A stretch of 64,000 bases of DNA from Chloroflexota bacterium (GTDB taxonomy: Bacteria > Chloroflexota > Limnocylindria > Limnocylindrales > CSP1-4). Position 1 is the first letter of the stretch, and each line of letters begins with the position of its first letter. Below the pieces are notes generated by a model. The model did no database searches. It saw only the letters and a list, made by a program, of their open reading frames with translations, and had not been told where the DNA came from. Made by a program: the position numbers and the translations under genes. This document shows positions 19,326-27,186 of this stretch, in pieces. Location: assembly GCA_003141245.1 (NCBI GenBank), contig PLLE01000038.1:3541-67540 (forward strand). Direction: 5' to 3'.

Positions 19326-19553
19326 CTGCGTCTTCGCTCATCTTCACCCGGAGCAATGCAAAGCGGGCGCCGAAACCCTTGGCGAGCCCTGTGGCCGGCA
19401 GGGCCGGAGCTTTCACGCTCGTGGCGACCGGTCTAGGGAGGCGGCGGTGGCCCTGTTGTCCGCACGCTTCGCTCAACATCGCCCCCGCTGAAGTTGAGCA
19501 ACGATCCGGGTAGTTTCGCGGCACAACATCACCCCCGGCGAAGATGAGCAAAG

Positions 19554-19729
19554 ACGGGGTCCTGCCGAGGCCGGCAGACGGGGCCTGCCGAGGCCGGCAG
19601 ACGGGGCCTGCCGAGGCCGGCGGACGGGGCCTGCCGAGGCCGGCAGACGGGGCCTGCCGAGGCCGGCAGACGGGGTCCCGGCGAGGCCGGCAGACGGGGT
19701 CCCGGCGAGGCCGGCAGACGGGGCCTGCC
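19554..19729. repeat. tandem array of about 7.5 units of 23/24 bp, each with an internal hairpin; directly upstream of the deacetylase-GNAT gene
   Basis: Unit starts are 19554, 19578, 19601, 19624, 19647, 19670, 19694 and 19718 (partial). The consensus is acggggcctgccgaggccggcag with palindrome CTGCCG-aggc-CGGCAG. Two units carry the variant tcccggcgaggccggcag (CCGGC-gag-GCCGG). Confidence 0.9.
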
Positions 19730-19775
19730 ACAGCCCGCCCAACACGGTCGCTGCGCGCCGCGCGATCATTGGGCC

Positions 19776-21539
19776 ATGGCGCGCACTCTGGCTGACAAGC
19801 CGTTGCTGGTATTCGGGCCGCGCTCGCTCACGTACGACTTCGGGCCGCGCCATCCGCTGAGCCCGAGACGGTTCGGGCCGGGGATCGAGCTGCTCCGCGC
19901 GGTAGGGGGCGAGCCCAACTTGGCGCCCGAGCCCGCGGCCGACGACGAGCTCGAATGGCTGCACGCCGCCGACTACATCGCGGCCGTGCGGCGCTTCTCC
20001 GCCGACCCGAGCGAGCCACCGGAGGCGGGGATCGGGCCCGGCGACGACCCGGCGTTCGCCGGCATGCACGAGGCCGCGGCGAGTGTGGCGGGCGGCTCGA
20101 TTCGGGCTATGGAGGCGATCCTGCGCGGCGACGTGGAGCACGCCTACCACCCCGGCGGTGGTCTGCACCACGCCATGCGAGCGCGGGCGAGCGGCTTCTG
20201 CGTCTATAACGACGTCGCCCTGGCGATAGCCCGGGCCCGAAGGGACGGCCTGCGCGTCCTGTACGTCGACCTCGACGTCCACCACGGCGACGGGGTTCAG
20301 GCTCTTCATGCCGCCGACCCCGGCGTGGTGACGGTTTCGTTCCACGAGTCGGGGCGATCGCTCTTCCCCGGAACGGGCTTCGTCGACGAGCTGGGGGAGG
20401 GGACCGCGGCCGGTACCTCGGTCAACGTTCCGCTCGAGGCGTTGACCGGGCCGGACGCGTGGCTGGCCGCGGTTCGGGCTCTGGTCCCTGCCCTGGCGGC
20501 GAGCTTCGGGCCGGACGTCATCGTCAGCCAGCACGGCGCCGACGGCCACGTCTGGGATCCGCTGGCGCACCTCTCGCTGACGACGACGGCGATGGGCGAG
20601 GCGGCCCGATTGGTCGATCGGATGGGGCACCGATATTCCGGCGGACGGTGGCTCGCCACTGGCGGCGGCGGCTACGCGATCTATCGAGTGGTGCCGCGGG
20701 TCTGGGCGCTGACGTGGCTGGCGGCCGCGCACCGGGAGGCGCCGCGGCTGCTCCCGCAAGAGTGGCGAGCGCGATGGGAGGGCGACGCGGCGCGTTGGGC
20801 CGACGATCCGCTCCCGGAGACGTTCGACGACGAGCCGAGCCTGCCGTCCGAACGGTCGGTCAGCCAGACGGCCGCTGAACGGAGCGCTCGAACGGTCGAT
20901 CTGGTCCGAACTCTCGCGGTGCCTGCGCTGCTGCGGGCAGCCGAAGATGCGGGCTGGTGGCGCGGAGACGGGGCGGGCGCGGAGACGGCCTTTGCCCGAA
21001 TCGGAGCCGCGGTCGGAGCCGCCCAAGGCACGCCCACGGTCGTCTCGCCGCTCACGGTCGAATCTCTCGATCGACTTGCGCTGGCCACCCGAACCGTCGC
21101 TCCTGCCGATCCGGGCCAGGGGCTGGCCATCCTGCGCGCCGCCCTGCGCGGCGGTGCCGTGGCCGCCGGCGCCGTCACCGGGGAGTGGCTGGTCGGGGTC
21201 GCGCTGGCGGCGCCCGGCTCACTCGACGGCGAGGATCGGATCGTGGCCCTGGGCGTGGCGCCGGAGTGGCGTCGCCACGGCCTCGCCACGGCCCTGATTC
21301 GGGCTCTCGTCGCGGAACAGGATCGCCGGGGTCGGGCGCTCGTCGCGCTGCACACCGCCGCGGAACGCGATCCGTTCGAGCCACTCCCCAGGGAGCTGCG
21401 TCGGGAGGTGGCCGATCGTCTCTTCCGCGCCGCCGGCTTTCGGCGATTGCCCGTCCCGCCGCCCGTCGCCGCGGCCGACGCAGGGAGTCTCGCGGCCGAG
21501 CACCTGCCGCCCGGCGGCCATTCGGCCGGTTCTCGATAG
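19776..21539 (+). CDS. AcuC/histone-deacetylase-family protein fused to a C-terminal GNAT-like domain
   Basis: The N-terminal ~390 aa carry HPGGGLHHAMRARASGFCVYNDVA and VDLDVHHGDGVQ (HDAC/AcuC metal and active-site motifs). The C-terminal ~150 aa carry LGVAPEWRRHGLATALIRAL (GNAT motif A pattern R-x-x-G-x-A) and LFRAAGF. Confidence 0.75.
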   Translation: MARTLADKPLLVFGPRSLTYDFGPRHPLSPRRFGPGIELLRAVGGEPNLAPEPAADDELEWLHAADYIAAVRRFSADPSEPPEAGIGPGDDPAFAGMHEAAASVAGGSIRAMEAILRGDVEHAYHPGGGLHHAMRARASGFCVYNDVALAIARARRDGLRVLYVDLDVHHGDGVQALHAADPGVVTVSFHESGRSLFPGTGFVDELGEGTAAGTSVNVPLEALTGPDAWLAAVRALVPALAASFGPDVIVSQHGADGHVWDPLAHLSLTTTAMGEAARLVDRMGHRYSGGRWLATGGGGYAIYRVVPRVWALTWLAAAHREAPRLLPQEWRARWEGDAARWADDPLPETFDDEPSLPSERSVSQTAAERSARTVDLVRTLAVPALLRAAEDAGWWRGDGAGAETAFARIGAAVGAAQGTPTVVSPLTVESLDRLALATRTVAPADPGQGLAILRAALRGGAVAAGAVTGEWLVGVALAAPGSLDGEDRIVALGVAPEWRRHGLATALIRALVAEQDRRGRALVALHTAAERDPFEPLPRELRREVADRLFRAAGFRRLPVPPPVAAADAGSLAAEHLPPGGHSAGSR

Positions 21540-21838
21540 CGCTCTGCCTGCCGCCCGACTCCCCGCCGGCCGCCGCTCCGGGCGCAGCCGCCCTTCACGC
21601 CGGCCGCTCCGCGCCCCGCCGCCCTGTCATCGGCCGTCGGCCGTCGTTCCGCGCCGGCGCGATCCAATACTGACGCCCGCAGTATTACAAACGGTCCGAG
21701 CGGACCGGTCCCTTTGGGTCGTATGGCACCCTACCCGAACAGTAAGGGGCTCTACATTCGTTACATCAACGAAGAGGTCTGGGACCCCGGCAGATGGGAT
21801 CTCAGGCCGTCAGCATCGGAAGGGTGTAGGGAATAGCG

Positions 21839-22351
21839 ATGGATCGCACAAGTCGCGGGATCTTCGTTCTTCGAGCGGTCGTAGGCGGCGGGTTCCTATT
21901 CGCCGGCCTCGACAAGTTCTTCATGTGGGCGAGCGGCACGCCCTTCACTGCGGCGGGCTTCCTGAAGGGCGCAACCGGCGGGGTGTGGCTCGGCAGCGAT
22001 CCCAAGGCCGTCATCAACCCGACCCACCCATTCTGGGTCTCGCTCGGCGGTAACGCGGGCCTCATGTCCGTCATCGACACGCTCGTCGTCTTCGGCGAGT
22101 GTGCCATCGGCATCGCGCTGATCCTCGGCCTGGCCAGCCGCTTCGCCGGTCTCGCTGGCGCCATCATGATGGGTCTCTTCTTCGTCGCCAACTGGAGCTT
22201 CGCGAACGGCCCGTTCAACGAGCAGCTGATGTACGGCGTCGTCGCCGGCACGATCGCCTATGTCGGTGCGGGCGCCTACGCTCTCGACTCCGTCGTAGAG
22301 AAGCTCGCCATCACGCAGCGAGTCCCGGTCGTCAAGTACGTCATTGGGTAG
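21839..22351 (+). CDS. DoxX-family membrane protein
   Basis: 170 aa, 4 TM. The VVGGGFLFAGLDKF start and overall topology resemble DoxX/DoxD. Confidence 0.5.
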   Translation: MDRTSRGIFVLRAVVGGGFLFAGLDKFFMWASGTPFTAAGFLKGATGGVWLGSDPKAVINPTHPFWVSLGGNAGLMSVIDTLVVFGECAIGIALILGLASRFAGLAGAIMMGLFFVANWSFANGPFNEQLMYGVVAGTIAYVGAGAYALDSVVEKLAITQRVPVVKYVIG

Positions 22352-22404
22352 CCACAGATAAGCCAGCGCAGGGAGATCCCGTCCCACTCTCCTCCCTGCA
22401 CCAG

Positions 22405-22434
22405 GAAACGGCGGGCCCCACGGCCCGCCGTTTC
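22405..22434. terminator. strong hairpin between convergent genes (possible bidirectional terminator)
   Basis: gaaacggcgggcc-ccac-ggcccgccgtttc forms a perfect 13-bp stem with a 4-nt loop. It is flanked by A-rich sequence 5' and T-rich sequence 3'. Confidence 0.65.
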
Positions 22435-22504
22435 TCTGTCTGGCTCACCAGGCCTCCGGGTCGGAGGTTCTAGCCCTGCGCCCCGACGACCGCGAATGCG
22501 AGCC

Positions 22505-23653
22505 TCAAGGCTCAGCCGTGCCGCTTGAAGCCGGCCGGCGCAGCGCCTCGTTGGGCGCACCATTCAGGACAAGGACGTGCCACAGCCGCCTGAACTGCGT
22601 GAGGGTGTCCTCATACGAGGCCCAGCCTTTCCAACTTTCCGGTTCCAGCGCCAGGGAGTTCGCCATTGCGCCGATGTTGGCCGCGTCCAAGATGCCCTGT
22701 CCAGCAATGCGCTCCGCGAGTGGCCGCACCGGGTACCCTCGAAAGACGTCCGGAACCTTGCAGACCGCGAGCGTGAACCCCAGATGCCAGCAGAGTGGGA
22801 TTTCGTACTTGCGGGAGATCGTCGCTAGAGATTCACCAACGGGATGATCTCGAAAGACTGGATCGGCAACGAGTCGCTCCACGTCTCGATTCAGGCGAAT
22901 GCCACCGTGGATTTGTGCCTCTATGAAACTGTCGAGAGATCTACCCAAGGGGCGATGCTGAGGATCGAGATACTGCTCCGACAGCCCGTATGCCAACTGG
23001 CCTAGACAACCCGCCACCGTCAGGTTGTCTACACCGAAGGCTCCCTGCCCTTGTTCGAGCTGAGCCAGTAAGGGAGCCATCACCGGATCGAGCTCAGTCA
23101 GCGTACCCGTGCGTTCTGGCGCGAATGGTTCGTGGCTGCCACCGAAAGTGAATGTCGAGCGCGCAGAGACGCCCGGATGAAGCAGGAAGTAACAGGAACC
23201 AAAGCGCGGTGAAGGTCCGTCGGGATGATCCATAACCTGAAGAGCGCCGTACTTGGGACGACCGGCAGGTGAGGCGTCCGGCTCATGGTAGGCACCCCCA
23301 AAGAGGCGGCTCTCCCACAGGTCGCGCTCCCCGCCAGGAAAAGCCGTTGGGCTTCCGCTCGATAACCCGGTCTCGAACTGGCTCTTGTAGATGCCGGTCC
23401 GAAGGAGACCCTCAGCAACGGTCCTACCGGTTCGATCGACCCGCTCGGGGTGGAAGTGGAGCCCGACCCTGGCGTGGGACCGCACGCTCTCAACAGCGTC
23501 GTCGTACAAGCTCTCGGTCAGTCCCGCTCTGTCGAGAACGGACCTTATGTCATAGCGGGCGCGGGATCTCACACGATCCGCAATCTCCTGAACATGCTCC
23601 AAGGCTTTCCGCTGATATGGCAGCAGAGGCCCGGGCTGTGGTTTCTCGCTCAT
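22505..23653 (-). CDS. conserved hypothetical protein, possibly DUF3626 family
   Basis: 382 aa from the ATG at 23653. Motifs HFHPERVDR, RPKYGALQV and RFGSCYFLL match my recollection of DUF3626, which I could not verify here. GC is visibly lower than in the neighbouring genes. Confidence 0.5.
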   Translation of the reverse strand: MSEKPQPGPLLPYQRKALEHVQEIADRVRSRARYDIRSVLDRAGLTESLYDDAVESVRSHARVGLHFHPERVDRTGRTVAEGLLRTGIYKSQFETGLSSGSPTAFPGGERDLWESRLFGGAYHEPDASPAGRPKYGALQVMDHPDGPSPRFGSCYFLLHPGVSARSTFTFGGSHEPFAPERTGTLTELDPVMAPLLAQLEQGQGAFGVDNLTVAGCLGQLAYGLSEQYLDPQHRPLGRSLDSFIEAQIHGGIRLNRDVERLVADPVFRDHPVGESLATISRKYEIPLCWHLGFTLAVCKVPDVFRGYPVRPLAERIAGQGILDAANIGAMANSLALEPESWKGWASYEDTLTQFRRLWHVLVLNGAPNEALRRPASSGTAEP

Positions 23654-23920
23654 TGGCAGGCCTGGCCTTAGGCATGGGAGGGACCGGCGTGTCCGTCGCC
23701 GGTTCAGCTCCAACGGTGGCGCGCCGGGCGGCGATGGTCAATCCCAGAACTCGGGTCTTCAAGCCGAGGCCTGACACTCCTGGCCGCGGGCTTCGGTTCG
23801 CACCTTCACCCGTATAGTGTCGGGCTGACTCCTGGCTGTCCTCCGACGGCTATACGTTCACGAGGCGCTGCGGCGCGCGCGGCGCCCCGGCGCGCGCGGC
23901 GTCCCGGCGAATCCGATCGC

Positions 23921-24358
23921 TCACCTGTCGGGGTGTCCAGGTTGGCGTGACGGCGCGCTGGTCGACGGTTGGTGTCGGGAGCGGAAGAGTCTGTGGCGGC
24001 CAGGTCGTTCCTGGAACGCGACGGCCGCCAGGATCTCGGCATCGGTGAGGTGGCAGCCGTCGGGGACGACGACCAGTTTGTCGTCGTCGTCATCGAGCCG
24101 GTGGATGACGCCGATGCAGGTGCCCTCGCCGCGTTCGAGCGGCTGAGTGGGGCCTAGCAGGTAGGCGTCGAGTTCTTCTCCGTCGGGGGCGAGGGTACCG
24201 GGGACGTAGCCGTAGTTCGTCTCATACCGGAAGCCGTATACGGGATGGTTGGTGCCGTAGGGGCGGTCAATGGTCAGGGTGACGTGCCGGCCGATGTATT
24301 GCAGCGCCATCCGTAGGGATGCCGACTCCGCCGGGTTCGGTGTCTGGCTGGGCTGCAT
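23921..24358 (-). CDS. small inorganic pyrophosphatase-like protein (family I PPase fold, short form)
   Basis: TNYGYVPGTLAPDGEELDAYLLG and RLDDDDDKLVVVP resemble the YGFIPxT...DGDPLD...DxxDxK motifs of family I PPases, but the protein is only 145 aa. Confidence 0.5.
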   Translation of the reverse strand: MQPSQTPNPAESASLRMALQYIGRHVTLTIDRPYGTNHPVYGFRYETNYGYVPGTLAPDGEELDAYLLGPTQPLERGEGTCIGVIHRLDDDDDKLVVVPDGCHLTDAEILAAVAFQERPGRHRLFRSRHQPSTSAPSRQPGHPDR

Positions 24359-24432
24359 GTCATTCAGGATAGGGCACCGGAGGGCTCGGCTCGCCAGCTC
24401 GGGAAGGCAACACCATGACATAATCGCCGACG

Positions 24433-25101
24433 ATGCGCGCCTTCATATTCGACCTCGACGGCACCCTGGTCGACACTGTGTATGCCCACGTGGTGGCCTG
24501 GCAGCAGGCGCTCGAAGAAGCCGGCATCGTCATCGACGGCTGGCGCATCCACCGCCGTATCGGCATGAGCGGTGGGCTCTTCACCCGGGCCCTATCGCGA
24601 GAGATCGGCCGACTGCTCTCCGAGGAAGAGCAGGAGAGGCTGCAGCGGCGGCACGGCGCGCTCTACCTTGAGTTGCTTCCATCGCGACGACCCTTGCCCG
24701 GCGCGCGGGACCTTCTTCGGGGGCTCCACGAGGGCGGCGTTCCGTTCGGCATCGCCACCTCCGGGCTGCACCCAGAAATCGACGCCTCCCTCGACGCACT
24801 CGGCGTGCCCGCCGACGTGGTCGTTGTCGACCGCGGCGACGTCCTTCGCGCCAAGCCCGAACCGGACCTCTTCCTCGCCTGTCAGGAGCGGATGGGTGTG
24901 CGGCGCGAGGACTGCTATGTGGTCGGAGATGCGGTCTGGGATCTGCTGGCGGCACGCCGAGCCGGGATGCTGAGTGTCGGTCTCCTAAGTGGCGGCTACG
25001 GCCAGGACGAGCTGACCCAGGCCGGGGCATTCCGCGTCTACCGGGACACGCGGGACCTGTTCGACTCGCTCGACGAGCTTGGGGTCACGCTGCCTGGGTG
25101 A
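24433..25101 (+). CDS. HAD-superfamily hydrolase (phosphoglycolate phosphatase / beta-PGM-like subfamily IA)
   Basis: FDLDGTLVDT (DxDGT), GIATSG, and VGDAVWDLLAARRAGM. Confidence 0.8.
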   Translation: MRAFIFDLDGTLVDTVYAHVVAWQQALEEAGIVIDGWRIHRRIGMSGGLFTRALSREIGRLLSEEEQERLQRRHGALYLELLPSRRPLPGARDLLRGLHEGGVPFGIATSGLHPEIDASLDALGVPADVVVVDRGDVLRAKPEPDLFLACQERMGVRREDCYVVGDAVWDLLAARRAGMLSVGLLSGGYGQDELTQAGAFRVYRDTRDLFDSLDELGVTLPG

Positions 25102-25246
25102 GGACAACCAGAAGACGGTCCGCTGCCGCGCGCGACAACTTCTGACACGGGGCCGCCGGGCGACCCTGTGACGGGACACCCGCGCTCTGGACGGACCTCG
25201 CTCGTTCCACATGGGGCAATAGGCGAGACAGGGAGGGAATAGGGAT

Positions 25247-25684
25247 ATGCCACTCTCCGGGCAATACGAACCGAGCACATCCGCATGGGCGCGCGCGCAG
25301 GCCGAGCTCTACGAGGCGACGAACGGCGAGAAGGGCGGCGATCTTCGAGGCCAACCCGTGATCGTGTTGACATCGGTCGGGTCGAAGACCGGCAAGCTGC
25401 GCAAGACCACCCTTATGCGCGTCGAACACGAGGGCGTCTATGCGGTTGTCGCGTCACTCGGGGGCGCCCCGAAGAACCCGGTCTGGTACTACAACCTCAA
25501 GAACAACCCGCACGTAGAGCTGCAGGATCGCGCGACCAAAGGCGACTACACGGCCCGCGAGGTCACAGGCGACGAGAAGGTCGTCTGGTGGGAGCGCGCG
25601 GTTGAAGCCTGGCCCGACTACGCGATGTACCAGGCGAAGACCGACCGGCAGATTCCGGTGTTCGTCCTCGAATCCATGGAGTAG
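25247..25684 (+). CDS. deazaflavin (F420H2)-dependent nitroreductase family protein (Ddn/DUF385-like)
   Basis: [13 protein letters not shown]...[17 protein letters not shown]...RQIPVFVLE are family hallmarks. Confidence 0.8.
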   Translation: MPLSGQYEPSTSAWARAQAELYEATNGEKGGDLRGQPVIVLTSVGSKTGKLRKTTLMRVEHEGVYAVVASLGGAPKNPVWYYNLKNNPHVELQDRATKGDYTAREVTGDEKVVWWERAVEAWPDYAMYQAKTDRQIPVFVLESME

Positions 25685-25776
25685 AAGGCGGTTCCGCCCT
25701 CGCCTGTCCCCCCTCGGCGGGTCAAGGTGAGACTCCCAGCCGAACCGATCACCGTTGCGATGGCCGGTTCAGCCTT

Positions 25777-26940
25777 CTAACGATCAACAACAGGTCGGGG
25801 CAGTTGGCCACGGGGGAGTACGCGCAGCGTCGGGAAGCGGTTCGAGGCGGCCAGTGAGGCGGCGGCCACCGCGATCGAGACCCACCAGGCATACGGGTTG
25901 TAGCGCGCGATCAGGATGGCGAGAGTAATCGCCAGGTCGCGACGCAGAACGAGAAGGGTAGGCAGCAGGAAGAGCATCCCGTAGCCATGGATGCTCGGCG
26001 CGGCGACGAGCAACGCGATCCCCACCCAAGCCCCGGCATCGCGGCCGCGCACGAAGAAGATCGCCCCGACCGCGGCCACGGCCGCCGCCGTCGCCAGGGG
26101 GCGTCCGACCAGAAGGGCGAGCGGGCCGCCGGCCGGGGCCCAGCTCGGGTCAGCGGCGCGGCCCAGTTGACTCAGCCAGTCGCGGTAGAGCTCGATCCCA
26201 GTGAAAGGCAGCATCGCCGCTGCCACCGCCGCCAGTGCAACTCCTCCGAGGATTGCCGCCCGAGGCCGCGGCCGCAGAAGCCAGGCGAGCGCAAGGAGCT
26301 GCGTGTACTTCAGCGCGCCTATACCGGCGGCGAGGAGACCGTCCAGAGCGTCGCGGGCCAGCGTGTACGGCTTCGCGCCGGGCCGCTCGTTGGGCGCGTC
26401 CAGGAGCCGCGGCCGCGGCTCCCAGCTCCGACCTGGGACGAAGAACAACGCCGCGAAGGCCGCCAGCTGGATCACCTGGACGTTGCCCGTGACCAGCCCC
26501 TCCAGGAACGGCGGCCAGAGCAGTACCAGCGGCACAGCTGGCCACGGCACTGAGAAGCGGCGGCAGGTCCAGACCGCGACCGCCGCCTCGAAGGCCAGCC
26601 AGGCCGCCAGGACGATCGTCCGCGGCAGCTCGGCGATCGGGGCCAGCAGCGGGAGGAGCCACGGCGGATAGAGGTACGGCAGGCCCGGGCCCGAGGTCTC
26701 GGCGAAGCTCGATGCCAGGTAGGGCTGACCGCCCGCGGACCATCGGCTCGCCGCGCGAAGCGGGATCTCGAGGTCGACGCCCGCCGTCCAGGTCAGGAAT
26801 GCCGGCAGCGAGATGGCGATGATGAAGACAAGCAGCGCAGCCAGGCCCCTCGTGAGCTGCTGGTTGGCCGGGCTCGACTGGTCGAAGACGGACCGAACGA
26901 CCGCAGCCGGGTCCTGAGACCGCGACCTCACCTTCCTCAA
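25777..26940 (-). CDS. GT87/DUF2029-like polytopic membrane glycosyltransferase, paralog 2
   Basis: Multi-TM protein with GLPYLYPPWLLPLL and VTGNVQV motifs. The TTG start at 26940 is uncertain. Confidence 0.55.
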   Translation of the reverse strand: MRKVRSRSQDPAAVVRSVFDQSSPANQQLTRGLAALLVFIIAISLPAFLTWTAGVDLEIPLRAASRWSAGGQPYLASSFAETSGPGLPYLYPPWLLPLLAPIAELPRTIVLAAWLAFEAAVAVWTCRRFSVPWPAVPLVLLWPPFLEGLVTGNVQVIQLAAFAALFFVPGRSWEPRPRLLDAPNERPGAKPYTLARDALDGLLAAGIGALKYTQLLALAWLLRPRPRAAILGGVALAAVAAAMLPFTGIELYRDWLSQLGRAADPSWAPAGGPLALLVGRPLATAAAVAAVGAIFFVRGRDAGAWVGIALLVAAPSIHGYGMLFLLPTLLVLRRDLAITLAILIARYNPYAWWVSIAVAAASLAASNRFPTLRVLPRGQLPRPVVDR

Positions 26941-27186
26941 AGGCCTCCTCGGGATTCATGTAATGGATCGGGCTGCACGCCAGAGCACCGCCTGAAAGCA
27001 GCCTCCGGGCTGCACCCTGACGCCCGTTATGACTTGATGGACAGCCGCCCCGACTCCGCCGCGGAGGCAAGGCGCCTGGCGTTGGGCCGTCCGTCCAGCG
27101 CCACAGCAGGACCGGACGGCAGACGAGGCAAACAGGTCCGGTGTCGCCGTCTCAGCGAGCGGTCGGACCTCAGCAATGGGGCCCCG

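Noticed and set aside
17484-19436. 650-aa plus-strand ORF
   Set aside because: It is out of frame with the MFS transporter and antisense to the GNAT gene. The translation is low-complexity Arg/Gly/Pro, a high-GC artefact.
19554-19729. Tandem repeats considered as a CRISPR array
   Set aside because: The units are directly abutting with no spacers, the unit length is only 23-24 bp, and no cas genes are in the window.
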